Source: an uncultured virus (IMG/VR IMGVR_UViG_3300025071_000009) (Duplodnaviria; Heunggongvirae; Uroviricota; Caudoviricetes). From it: 64,000 nucleotides of DNA. The stretch lies in IMG/VR virus record IMGVR_UViG_3300025071_000009; one strand, given 5' to 3'. The position numbers and the translations under genes were made by a program. The notes under the pieces were generated by a model that did not search any database, had not been told where the DNA came from, and was given only the letters and a program-made list of their open reading frames with translations. This document shows positions 9,992 through 19,564 of this stretch, piece by piece. The stretch's first letter is position 1. Each line of letters starts with the position of its first letter.

Positions 9992-10285
9992 TTACTTTTT
10001 AGTAGATTTTCTAGAACGCTTACGAGTTGTCTTTTTTTCTTTGACTTCTTCAACAGCTTCTTTTGCTTCTTCAATAATGTCTTCGACTGTCTCTTTCGCC
10101 TCTTTCGCTGCGACTGCAATGGTCTCTGCTGCATCATCTAGTGTTTCCTTTACTTCTTCTACCACTTCTTTGGCCAAAGATGAGGCTCCTTCGGTCATAG
10201 CATCTAATGCGACTTTTGCGACTTCAGCTTCTAGTCTTGCCTTGTGGGCTAGTTTTCGTCTTTTCTTGATAAAACGTGAGGGCAT
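9992..10285 (-). CDS. Small charged low-complexity protein (basic ends, Glu/Ala-rich middle)
   Basis: Likely start MPSRFIKKRRK at 10285, with SD AGGAGA and the motif ACTACTTA upstream (10312-10319). Confidence 0.7.
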   Translation of the reverse strand: MPSRFIKKRRKLAHKARLEAEVAKVALDAMTEGASSLAKEVVEEVKETLDDAAETIAVAAKEAKETVEDIIEEAKEAVEEVKEKKTTRKRSRKSTKK

Positions 10286-10329
10286 GATAAATCTCCTTAA
10301 ATTGATATCTATAAGTAGTCTTTTAAAAC

Positions 10330-10357
10330 AAAAAAGCTCCAAGCCGAAACTTGGAGC
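10330..10357 (-). terminator. Intrinsic terminator after major capsid gene
   Basis: Sense GCTCCAAG-TTTCGG-CTTGGAGC-TTTTTT. Confidence 0.85.
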
Positions 10358-10381
10358 CAATTGAAGATTAATTAATTAATC

Positions 10382-12169
10382 TTACAACAAGTCACGACAA
10401 ATGACCAATCCGTACATATCCGGACGAACCATTTTCTTACCGTAACGAGTCATAACACCTTTGCGAGGAACGAAGTCTTCAGGTCCAAAGATGGTAGGAG
10501 TTGTTTGCAATGGTACATATGGAGCGTAAACATATCCACTTTCCAAGAAAGAAGCGCCTTTACGACCGACCAAGAGTGCGTTACGTGGGAAGTATGGATC
10601 AACGATAACGTCGAACTTACGGTTCAAAGAACCAACCTTAACAGCACCGATGTCGCCTTTGTCAGCGTCAGCAGTAACGTTCGCACGGAATCCAGCTGTG
10701 AATTCCAAGATGTTCGCAACTTCAGGAGAAACAACTACGAAGTTAGCACCACCACGCAAAGTCTTACGATGGATTTGTGCAGAGACGTCATTGACTGTTT
10801 CGATCAAAGTTTCATACCATTCAGAAACAGTACCCGTGAAGTCAGGACCTTGTACACCGCCAGCGGTAAGGTCAGCACCAGTCAATCTATTTACAAATAA
10901 ACCAGGTGAGCGAGACCAGTAGAAAGTCCCAGCAGTTGCGCCGTTAACCAAGTCAGACAAGATTTCACGGTCGATTTCAAGAGCGATTTGCTCAGAAAGG
11001 ATAGAAGTCAATTCTACTTCAGCATCCAAGTTATGGTAAGCGTTCAAGTCTTGACCCAATTCTGGAGTCCACTTTGCTTTCAACTTCTTGGTTACCGCTG
11101 TGATTGCGATTGATTCAACTTTGATGTCGATCTCTGGAATTTGCGTTTCACCTTCAAGTCCCCAACTAGCAGCACCAGCGATAGAACCAAGTCCACCACC
11201 TTCTTCAAAGGTATCTTTTGCAGGATAAGAACCAGCACCAAAGATAGAAGCGCGTCCACCACCAGTAATTACTCCGGCACCGGCGAGTGCTTTACCACCA
11301 GTTGCATCCATTTTGTAAGTCAAGGTCAAAGTAAGCTTGTCGCTAGAGATTGAAGTCAAACGACGGATTTGAACAGCGCTAGCTTGATCTTTTGCTGAAG
11401 CTCCATCATTAACTGTTTTCAAGGGAACGATGATTGCTCCTACTTGATCCAAGTTCATTGCAAAACCAGAAGCATCCAATGCTGCAACTGTTACGGTTAC
11501 TTGAAGAAGCTTGTCTGTTGCTGCATAAGTTGATGCGATATCTGGATCAAAGTCGATAGAGGCCTCATCAAAAGTCGAGTGTCCGATTGTTGCCGAGTTA
11601 GAGAATCCATCTAATGTAGTAGAGACGCTGGCGATTGCTACATCTGTAGCAATAGAGCCTGTCGGTGAAGAATAAGCTGATTGAAAACCGTAAGGTTGCT
11701 TGTCCAACTCAACAGAAGTCAAGTTAACACCACCAGTGATTTGAGAGCCAGTTACTCCTTGTCCATAGATAGAGTCACTATTTGTTTGTCCTAAGCGGTT
11801 ATAAGCTCCGTTAGGTGGATTGTTTGGATCTGTTCCGAAAGTGAAATCCAAGAAGAAGATTAATCCACTTGGAAGAGACATTGGTTGTACAGAAACCAAG
11901 TCGTTCGCAATCAATCCAGCGAATACACGACGAACGATTGGGAATGCAACAGCAGCGAAACCTTCGACAGATCCACCAGCCATTGTGTTAGACTCACGCA
12001 ATAATTCGCGAGCTTGATTCTCCAATAGACGAGCCATTGAAGCTTTTTTGTTTTCATCGGTCAAGCCTTCTAAAAGACCGGTTTGTGACCATTTGTTTAA
12101 AAGAGCGGCACCTTCTTGTTGCATATTGCGGTGTACCATCCCTTCTGTTAGAGTTTCGATAATAGACAT
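10382..12169 (-). CDS. gp23: Major capsid protein, T4 gp23-like
   Basis: LLENQ, FPIVRRV, VSVQPMSLPSGLIF, KLKAKWTPELGQDLNAYH, EIDREI, YAPYVPL, KGVMTRYG. Confidence 0.97.
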   Translation of the reverse strand: MSIIETLTEGMVHRNMQQEGAALLNKWSQTGLLEGLTDENKKASMARLLENQARELLRESNTMAGGSVEGFAAVAFPIVRRVFAGLIANDLVSVQPMSLPSGLIFFLDFTFGTDPNNPPNGAYNRLGQTNSDSIYGQGVTGSQITGGVNLTSVELDKQPYGFQSAYSSPTGSIATDVAIASVSTTLDGFSNSATIGHSTFDEASIDFDPDIASTYAATDKLLQVTVTVAALDASGFAMNLDQVGAIIVPLKTVNDGASAKDQASAVQIRRLTSISSDKLTLTLTYKMDATGGKALAGAGVITGGGRASIFGAGSYPAKDTFEEGGGLGSIAGAASWGLEGETQIPEIDIKVESIAITAVTKKLKAKWTPELGQDLNAYHNLDAEVELTSILSEQIALEIDREILSDLVNGATAGTFYWSRSPGLFVNRLTGADLTAGGVQGPDFTGTVSEWYETLIETVNDVSAQIHRKTLRGGANFVVVSPEVANILEFTAGFRANVTADADKGDIGAVKVGSLNRKFDVIVDPYFPRNALLVGRKGASFLESGYVYAPYVPLQTTPTIFGPEDFVPRKGVMTRYGKKMVRPDMYGLVICRDLL

Positions 12170-12186
12170 TGTAAAATCTCCTTAAA

Positions 12187-13359
12187 TTATTTTTTTATGC
12201 CTGCAAGCTTCTGCATCTTCTCTTTAAAAGAATCTTCAGATTGCTTGCTTTCTTTAATGTTTTGTCTCGAATTCAACATAGAACTTAAGTTCGATCTTCG
12301 GTTGACAGACTCGCTCAGTGATTGTGGGCCTCTTTTGCTATTAGGCGTCGACCCCACTGTTGCTTTGAGTGTCTCATGAAGTTTTTTAGCTTCTTTCGGA
12401 GACTCCGCATTTGAAATGGCTTCGACAATTTTTGACTTTTGTCGCTCATTCAGGGAGATGTCATTCAATGTACGGTTTTGATATAAAAGTTTTGCGTTGG
12501 ACAATAGTGTTTCCTCAAGATAGACTTCCATCTTGGATAGGACGCTTTCCATTTGATTGTTCTGGTTCGTCAGAAACTCTAATGTCTCGTTTAATTCGTT
12601 TACGACACCCATAGTGTCGTCTTCATCTTCAGAAGCTTCTTCAGCTTCGGCTTCTTCGGGATCTGGATATATAATGTTTGCCATTGATGCGATGAAATCT
12701 TCTTCGCTTTCATTATGTCTCCAAACTCCTTTGGCTGCAGTTCTAGGTTCAAAATCAATGGGGACCTGCTTCTCTTCGATAACTTCCTCTGATCCTTCAG
12801 ATAGCATATCTAAGACTTCTTGCAGTTGCAAATCCATGTCGTCTCCACCGTCGTCAAGGATGTCGTCTAAGCCACCTTCGGTATCACCAGAGGGTGTATC
12901 CATTCCAAGATCATCAAGACCCCCTAGAGAGTCATCCAGGCCACCATCAGCGGCATCTGCTTCATCTTGCTCTAGTGAAAAGTCTCCAAGGTCTAAATTA
13001 ATCATTCCATCGACAGGGTCAACTGGTAAGTCCTCCACAAGAGCTGAAATTCTTGTGTATAAATCTTCTGTTCCGGGTCGACTATCATATGCACCAAGTG
13101 CTTCGATTGGAGCAGTAGTTTCGGGAGCAGAAGCACCGACAGCCGCAGCAGCGGCTTCCTCTTCTTGCATTAATTCATTTTCAACTTCATTGATGATTTC
13201 ATCAACTTTGCTGGGAGGCTCTCCCATCTCTAACATTTGATCAACAGCTTCTTTGATTTGCTTTGAATATTTGTCGAGAACGGATTGTTCTGCGTTCTTG
13301 ATGGCCTGCTCTCTAAGAGCCGCAGCATCGGCAATTGCTTGTTCTAACATGCTAGACAT
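12187..13359 (-). CDS. Prohead scaffolding/core protein, gp22-like
   Basis: Very acidic, coiled-coil, immediately upstream of the major capsid gene. Many L/I-x-E sites and the C-terminal MQKLAGI motif. Confidence 0.8.
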   Translation of the reverse strand: MSSMLEQAIADAAALREQAIKNAEQSVLDKYSKQIKEAVDQMLEMGEPPSKVDEIINEVENELMQEEEAAAAAVGASAPETTAPIEALGAYDSRPGTEDLYTRISALVEDLPVDPVDGMINLDLGDFSLEQDEADAADGGLDDSLGGLDDLGMDTPSGDTEGGLDDILDDGGDDMDLQLQEVLDMLSEGSEEVIEEKQVPIDFEPRTAAKGVWRHNESEEDFIASMANIIYPDPEEAEAEEASEDEDDTMGVVNELNETLEFLTNQNNQMESVLSKMEVYLEETLLSNAKLLYQNRTLNDISLNERQKSKIVEAISNAESPKEAKKLHETLKATVGSTPNSKRGPQSLSESVNRRSNLSSMLNSRQNIKESKQSEDSFKEKMQKLAGIKK

Positions 13360-13391
13360 TAATTTATCTCCCGAATTTTGTTTTTCTCCAA

Positions 13392-13407
13392 TAAATAGTG
13401 TAAATAG
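13392..13407 (-). promoter_or_regulatory. Tandem putative late-promoter motifs (CTATTTA x2)
   Basis: Plus strand TAAATAGT at 13392 and TAAATAG at 13401, upstream of the scaffold-capsid operon. Confidence 0.6.
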
Positions 13408-13431
13408 AGTTTAAAGTCCAAAAGAGAGCTC

Positions 13432-13467
13432 AAAAAGAAAATGCCTCAGCGCTTTCACGCCGAGACA
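13432..13467 (-). terminator. Intrinsic terminator
   Basis: Sense TGTCTCGGCG-TGAAAG-CGCTGAGGCA-TTTTCTTTTT. Confidence 0.75.
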
Positions 13468-13493
13468 AGATATGTTTCAAAGCTTAATTGAAA

Positions 13494-15251
13494 TTAAGGA
13501 GTGTAGTTGTTAGCATCAGATACAGACCAACCTCGTGTCCCGCCATTATACATAGCTAAGATTTGAGCGTCAGATAGTGTAACGTCATCAACCCATTCCA
13601 CGAAGTCAAATTGGCCATTGCCTTTATAACTTACGGATCCATTATAGTTCTCAGCGCCTATGTAGTGCTTAGTTCCATTAGGGATTCCAGTGTAACCTCT
13701 GATTCTCTTGGTGGAAGAGTTTCCGGTTTTGGTGTAAACTTCTTCGCCGTCAATAAACAATTTTACAGTCATAGATTTAGAGCTAGTAGAAGTGTAAGCA
13801 ACATCCGTTTCAACAGTAACCAAGGCGTGATGCCATTCGTTAAGAGTCAAAGGTGTTGTCAAACTAACCCCATTGCTAGTTCCAATTGGTGTTGAAATGT
13901 GTAGAAGTCCAGTATTAAACATTCTTAATCCGAAAGTTACTTGCGATGGATAGTGTTGATCTGAATAAAGTCCCATTTGAGATTGCTCTGGATTGAACCA
14001 CATTGAGAATACTGCTGTCGTTGCAGTTGTACTCGGTACAGTCATCGCAGACTTCTTGTAATAAGAAGGAGTCGCAGCGGATGTTGAAAGAACTCCGTCG
14101 GTGACTGTTCCTCCACCAAACATTGTGAACTCTTCCAAGAAGGTTCCAACGCCAGAAGGTTGCCCTTCCCTTCCTGCAGAGTGCAAGCCGGAGATGTCAC
14201 TAGCTGATAAAGCTGTCTTCTGAATAGAGACTCCGTCAATGTATCCATCGAAGTATCCACTGTAAGATCCATTCTGCCATCCACCAATTCTAAGGTCGCC
14301 CGTAGTAGAAGTGTTTCTACCGGTTGGAACCCAAGAGTGAACCTCTTGCCCGTTGAAATACATCTTGTAATCCCCAGTCGAGGGCATTACATATGCAACG
14401 TGATGCCAAGTATCCAAAGAGATACCGCTTGGTGGTGCTGCACGATTGTTCGGATTTGGATTAGATCCCCCACCCCAAGATGTCGTCTGCATCCCACCAG
14501 AGGTCATGTTACCTCCAGCATCTGCTTGCATTGTTGAGATAGCTGTGATGTATCCATCCCAACCATTGCCCATTTTTGACACAAGACCGGCATTCCAATT
14601 GTTTGGTAATGAATTTGCCTTAATCCACATGTTTATGGTTAAGTCCCCAGACTCTCTATCGAAATCGCTAGAATGCGGTAGAGAAGCATATGTTCCCACT
14701 GTTCCATCTATAGATAGAACTCCGTCAACAAGTTGTGCGTTTCCATGCAGAGTTAGACCAGAATTTTCTTCCAATCCGACAACTCCACTAGATTCTCCAC
14801 CCTCGGATGGGATTATGAATGATTCATTTACCAACAACCAAGCTAATGAACCATCGGACATGACCGTAAGCATCGCACCATCTCGAGAACCATTGTAGAC
14901 TGGGATCTCTTCGATGTCATAGAATCTTGTATTTCCGGGTGTACCACCTGTTCTAATACCAGAATCCTCATCCTCAGAAGATAAGAATGAAACTCGAACA
15001 GTTTGCTCGGATCCTGTTTTAGATTCTAAATAATATTTTTGATGCTGGATATCAGCTATGTATGATGGTATTAAACCATCTGTGTTGTGTAATAAGGACC
15101 AACTTTGGCCATCAAAGCCGTAGATTTTGACATCTACTTCATGGAGACTGACTGAGATTTTGTAGTCAAAACCCACTGTTGGGACGAAACCATCCGCAAT
15201 TTGCGGAGGGACCAAGTATGCAGTCTCTCTTAAGTGTGTAGTTTTTTTCAT
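13494..15251 (-). CDS. Virion protein with two LamG/concanavalin-A-like domains
   Basis: TINMWIK, WHHVAYV, MYFNGQ, FDGYIDGV, and a second set FSMWFN, EWHHALVT, LFIDGE. Confidence 0.8.
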   Translation of the reverse strand: MKKTTHLRETAYLVPPQIADGFVPTVGFDYKISVSLHEVDVKIYGFDGQSWSLLHNTDGLIPSYIADIQHQKYYLESKTGSEQTVRVSFLSSEDEDSGIRTGGTPGNTRFYDIEEIPVYNGSRDGAMLTVMSDGSLAWLLVNESFIIPSEGGESSGVVGLEENSGLTLHGNAQLVDGVLSIDGTVGTYASLPHSSDFDRESGDLTINMWIKANSLPNNWNAGLVSKMGNGWDGYITAISTMQADAGGNMTSGGMQTTSWGGGSNPNPNNRAAPPSGISLDTWHHVAYVMPSTGDYKMYFNGQEVHSWVPTGRNTSTTGDLRIGGWQNGSYSGYFDGYIDGVSIQKTALSASDISGLHSAGREGQPSGVGTFLEEFTMFGGGTVTDGVLSTSAATPSYYKKSAMTVPSTTATTAVFSMWFNPEQSQMGLYSDQHYPSQVTFGLRMFNTGLLHISTPIGTSNGVSLTTPLTLNEWHHALVTVETDVAYTSTSSKSMTVKLFIDGEEVYTKTGNSSTKRIRGYTGIPNGTKHYIGAENYNGSVSYKGNGQFDFVEWVDDVTLSDAQILAMYNGGTRGWSVSDANNYTP

Positions 15252-15261
15252 GATGTTCTCC

Positions 15262-15711
15262 TTATCTGGTAACCCAGATTAAACTTCCTAGTGCATCAAC
15301 AGTTAGTACCTTTCCTGCATCAGCAACGGTAAATGCAGGCATATCAGAGATGTCTTCAAGCTTGTTGGCCTTCGAACCCTCTACGGTTGGTGCGACAACG
15401 CTATCTTCAACAAAGAAGTATCTCATCACTTCTTCTTTTCCAGATATAGATACGAAGTACACATCTTCATATTGCGATAAATCAACGGCGTATGTATCAT
15501 GTGCTGATTCGTCAATTAGCATGAAATCCGATTGCGGTCGTAGTTCATCAATCAAAGCCCATGCTCCGTTTTGTTTTCCGTAAATATCGATATTAGCAAA
15601 GCCAACGATGATTACAGATTGTGCTTGTCCATTCGCCTGAGCCAACATACCATCAGTTGTTGGGGTTGGCTGAGTTAGTGCAGCATTTGTTTTATTTAAT
15701 TTCATAGACAT
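15262..15711 (-). CDS. Virion-associated protein with fibre-type DAGKVLTV motif
   Basis: Start MSMKLNK at 15711 with SD GGAGG. The C-terminal DISDMPAFTVADAGKVLTVDALGSLIWV resembles a segment of 13494..15251. Confidence 0.6.
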   Translation of the reverse strand: MSMKLNKTNAALTQPTPTTDGMLAQANGQAQSVIIVGFANIDIYGKQNGAWALIDELRPQSDFMLIDESAHDTYAVDLSQYEDVYFVSISGKEEVMRYFFVEDSVVAPTVEGSKANKLEDISDMPAFTVADAGKVLTVDALGSLIWVTR

Positions 15712-15742
15712 TTTATTTCCTCCGATGAATGTTAAGTGTCTT

Positions 15743-15776
15743 AAAAAAATGGCCTCGAAGATTTCTCCCCGAGGCC
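15743..15776 (-). terminator. Intrinsic terminator
   Basis: Sense GGCCTCGGGGA-GAAA-TCTTCGAGGCC-ATTTTTTT. Confidence 0.8.
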
Positions 15777-15822
15777 AAAGAGCAATGCTCAATAGCATTG
15801 AGAATTGCGAACTAATTAGCTA

Positions 15823-18800
15823 TTATACCATGTAGTATACGCCAGCGTTCTCAAGGAAAGTAACAGAAGAGCCAGGGTAAAGAGTGATCTTAGCATCAGC
15901 TTCGCCATCAATAACCATTCCAGCAGGAGCATGGAATTCCATTGCTTCAGAACCAGCAGCAGCAGCCAAAGACAAAGTCATTTTGAAGTTTGCACCCAAA
16001 ACAGGCAATGTAGCTACAGCAGAAGCACCAGAGTTAGAAACAATCTGATGTGCGAAACCGTTAGGCATTGTGATAGAAGCCGAAGCAACCGCATTAGAAA
16101 TGAAGTTAACAGTGGTTTCACCATCATGCATATCAGTAATTTTGCTTTGCAATTGAGCCTCGACACCAGAAGCACGAGCAACTTCAGAATTCAAAGAAGC
16201 AGTCAATGCGTTATCACCAGCAATACGAGCAGACACTTCAGCAGAATCAGCAGCTTTATATGCAGCATCCAAAGCCGAGTCACCAGCAACACGTTCAGCG
16301 ATTTCATCAAAGATATCGCTTTCAAGACCAGTCTTCATAGCAAGATCAGCAGATTCGTAAGCAGCAGTTACAACTGCATCAGCAGCAGCAAATTCAGCTT
16401 GTAAAGTAGCTTTTTCAGAAGCCAACTCAGAACGGATCGCAGCACGGTCAGTTGTTGCAGCACCGAAAGAAACTACATTAGCAGCTTCGTGTGCAGACAA
16501 TGCAGCTTCAACAGCATCAACCTCTGCTTCAAGAGCAGCTTTAGCAGTAGCGATATCACCAGCAACAGTAGCAGCAAAGTTCTGATCGTCACCGATAGCA
16601 GCAGCCAATTCGTTCAAAGTATCCAACATCGCAGGTGCAGAATCTACAAGACCAGCAACAGCAGCGTCAGTGTGAGCGATAGCTTGAGACTTAGCAGTAG
16701 CGATATCAGCAGTCAACTGAGTGTTCATACCGATACGAGCTTGTTCAGCAGCCAAGAAGTCAGCATTAGTCGCAGCAATTTCAGCGTCCAAAGAAGCTTG
16801 CATTGTAGCAATTTCAGCGTCAGTGTAAGACTTAGCAGAAGCCAAAGTTGAAACATCACCAGCAGCACGGTCAAGAAGCTCTTGAGCCAAACCAGCAGCA
16901 ATTACACCACGACCTGCAGAAGCAGATGCGAAAGAACCAGAAGCAGAAGCTTCGTTAGCGTCAACGTCAGCTTGGATAGCATTACGAGCAGCCAAGTTGA
17001 AAGATGCAGCAGCTGTATCAGCAGCTCCACGATCAGCAACTTCAGCAGCCAAACCATTAGTCAAAACAAGTTCTGCAGCTTCAGCGCGTTGTTGTTCAGC
17101 AGACAAACCATTAGACAATGAAAGTTCAGCAGCTTCAGCACGAACTTTTTCACCGTCAACTTTTCCGTCAACTGTGTTGATTTGACCTTGAAGACCTGCA
17201 TCACCAGCAGCACGAGCGATAAGCTCAGCAGCTAATCCAGCAGTTAAAACACCCTCAGCAGCTTCGGCACGTGCTTGTTCAGCAGACAAACCAGCAGTTA
17301 AAGTTGCATCAGCAGCTTCAAAATCAGATTTGTTAGTACCGATTGCTTGATCGAGACCTTGCATAGAACCAGCGAAACCACCACGAATAGCAGAGTCACC
17401 AGCAAGTCTTCCAGCTTCTTCAGCAGAAATTGCAGAAGCATTTGCAGCTTCAGCAGCACGGGCTGTAGTAGCTTCGCTTGCACGAGCAGTTGCTGCAGCA
17501 GCGAATGATGCGTCAGCATCAGCTTCATTTTGATCTACATCAGCCTGAATAGCTTGACGTCCAGCTAAAGCAGCTGCTTCGTTAGCATCTACATCAGCTT
17601 GGATAGCATTACGACCCGCAAGAGCGACTCCAGCTTCGAATGCATCAGCAGACATTCTGTTTTGTGTCTCAAGAGCAAGTGCAGCATCATTAGATACTTC
17701 ATATGCAGCTTCTTTAGCAACTTGTGCAGACAAACCAGCAGTCAACACACCTTCAGCAGCTTCAGCACGTGTTTGCTCAGCAGACAATCCAGCAGTCAAA
17801 GTTGCATCAGCAGCTTTGTATGCAGTGTCCATAGCGGCTCTTTCACTTTCTTGCTTAGCTTCTTGAGCGTCAAGAGCAGATTGAATTCCACCACGAGCAG
17901 TTGCAGCAGCAGCATCATCAGCACCATGTTGGGTGATAATTGCAGCACGTGCAGTCGCAGCAGCAGCGAATGATGCATCAGATGCAACTTCGTTAGCATC
18001 AACATCAGCTTGAATCGCACCACGAGCAGTTGCAGCTTCAGCGATATCACTGTTTGTAGATGCAATTTCTGCATTCAAACTAGAGATAACAGCAGCAACA
18101 TCTGCATCATTTTGTGTATCAACAGCGTTGATCAAAGTAACGATTTCAGCAAATGAATCTTTATCAGCATCAGATGCTAATAAGATTGCGTCAATACGAG
18201 CTTCTTCGATTTCAACTTTTGCATCAGCTTCAGCTTTCGCAGATACCAATAATGCATCAGCAGCAGCTTTTGCAGCAACAACAGCAGCTTCAGCAGCAGC
18301 TTTATCAGCAGCTTGCTTAGCAACTTGAGCAGCTAACGCAGCATCGTTAGATGTTTCATAAGCAGCTTCTTTAGCTACTTGAGCAGCAAGAGCAGAATCA
18401 TTAGATACTTCATAAGCAGCTTCTTTTGCAACCTGAGCAGCCAATGCAGCATCATTAGATACTTCATATGCAGCTTCCTTAGATACTTGAGCAGCAAGAC
18501 CAGAAGTCAAAGTTGCATCAGCAGCGATACGAGCAGCAGCTTCTGAAGCCATCGCAGCATCGTCAATAACTTTAGCAGCAGCAATTTCAGAACGAATTGC
18601 TCCACGGTCAGTCGCTGAAACTCCAGCTTCGAATGCATCAGCATTCATTCTGTTTTGTGTTTCAAGAGCAAGAGCAGCATCGTTAGATGTTTTATAAGCA
18701 GCTTGAAGAGCAACTTGAGAAGCCAAATCAGCTGTTAAAACACCTTCAGCAGCACGAGCTGTAGCAGCTTCAGTTGCCAAAGAAACAGTAACACCGTTAA

Positions 18801-19377
18801 CTGCAGCAGTACGATCTGTAACTTCTTGAGCCAAACCAGCAGTCAAAATTGCATCAGCAGCAACACGTTCAGTTTTGTGAGTGGTTACTTCCATTCCAAT
18901 GTCGCCATTGAAAGTTTCTTGAGCAGCTTTGAAAGTACTGTGAGCCAAAGCGTTTGCACCTTCAGCAGCAGTAGCTCTTGCAGCTTCAGCATTGATGTTA
19001 CCTTGAAGAACAACTTCGCGTCCATCAGTGTAAGCACCAGCAGAAGAGATAGCGTCAGCTTCAGCTTGATCAGCATAAGCTTCCATTTGTCCTTTTAAGC
19101 CAAGACGAGCTTGTTCAGCAGCAAGTGCTTCAGCAGCAGTGAAGTCCTTAGCAGCTTGGATGTGACCCATGCGAGACAATTTTTGCAAGTCGCCTTGACG
19201 GATTGTACCGATGTCAAAAGACGCATCAAATTCGTAGACTACGTCAGCAGCCAGATAGTTAAGGTCCTTGATAACATTGCTTGGAAAGTCAATGTTCTCA
19301 GAGGCCATGAGAGTCATATCGAATTTAGCAACTTGTGCGTCATATACGATAACTCCATTGTGAAAATTATTAGCCAT
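15823..19377 (-). CDS. Long Ala-rich coiled-coil fibre (whisker/head-fibre-like), 1184 aa
   Basis: AExxARxAAD-type repeats and the phage fibre motif LVDSAPAMLDTLNELAAAIGDDQNFAATV. Small beta-rich C-terminal domain. Confidence 0.75.
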   Translation of the reverse strand: MANNFHNGVIVYDAQVAKFDMTLMASENIDFPSNVIKDLNYLAADVVYEFDASFDIGTIRQGDLQKLSRMGHIQAAKDFTAAEALAAEQARLGLKGQMEAYADQAEADAISSAGAYTDGREVVLQGNINAEAARATAAEGANALAHSTFKAAQETFNGDIGMEVTTHKTERVAADAILTAGLAQEVTDRTAAVNGVTVSLATEAATARAAEGVLTADLASQVALQAAYKTSNDAALALETQNRMNADAFEAGVSATDRGAIRSEIAAAKVIDDAAMASEAAARIAADATLTSGLAAQVSKEAAYEVSNDAALAAQVAKEAAYEVSNDSALAAQVAKEAAYETSNDAALAAQVAKQAADKAAAEAAVVAAKAAADALLVSAKAEADAKVEIEEARIDAILLASDADKDSFAEIVTLINAVDTQNDADVAAVISSLNAEIASTNSDIAEAATARGAIQADVDANEVASDASFAAAATARAAIITQHGADDAAAATARGGIQSALDAQEAKQESERAAMDTAYKAADATLTAGLSAEQTRAEAAEGVLTAGLSAQVAKEAAYEVSNDAALALETQNRMSADAFEAGVALAGRNAIQADVDANEAAALAGRQAIQADVDQNEADADASFAAAATARASEATTARAAEAANASAISAEEAGRLAGDSAIRGGFAGSMQGLDQAIGTNKSDFEAADATLTAGLSAEQARAEAAEGVLTAGLAAELIARAAGDAGLQGQINTVDGKVDGEKVRAEAAELSLSNGLSAEQQRAEAAELVLTNGLAAEVADRGAADTAAASFNLAARNAIQADVDANEASASGSFASASAGRGVIAAGLAQELLDRAAGDVSTLASAKSYTDAEIATMQASLDAEIAATNADFLAAEQARIGMNTQLTADIATAKSQAIAHTDAAVAGLVDSAPAMLDTLNELAAAIGDDQNFAATVAGDIATAKAALEAEVDAVEAALSAHEAANVVSFGAATTDRAAIRSELASEKATLQAEFAAADAVVTAAYESADLAMKTGLESDIFDEIAERVAGDSALDAAYKAADSAEVSARIAGDNALTASLNSEVARASGVEAQLQSKITDMHDGETTVNFISNAVASASITMPNGFAHQIVSNSGASAVATLPVLGANFKMTLSLAAAAGSEAMEFHAPAGMVIDGEADAKITLYPGSSVTFLENAGVYYMV
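18310..18498 (-). repeat. 54-nt (18-aa) coding tandem repeat, about 3.5 copies
   Basis: LAAQV(S/A)KEAAYE(V/T)SND(A/S)A repeated inside the Ala-rich fibre. Confidence 0.85.
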
Positions 19378-19564
19378 TATTTATTCCTCCATTAAGAATA
19401 TAATGTGCTCAACGTCTCATCATAGGCGGACGAAGAGCTACACATAACTACACCTTAAAAAACTTAAAAGAATATAAATATTAAACAGTTTTTAATTAAG
19501 CTTTCGAAACATTGAAAAAAAAATTATCCTTCTATAATATCGCTACTACCGATGAAGTAGAAGA

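Noticed and set aside
18310..18498. Regular 54-nt repeats as a possible CRISPR array
   Set aside because: These are in-frame coding tandem repeats with synonymous variation, no unique spacers and no cas genes.
19415..19430. TGATGA near a stem as a hammerhead ribozyme core
   Set aside because: It lacks the exact CUGAUGA and the downstream GAAA in a three-stem arrangement.
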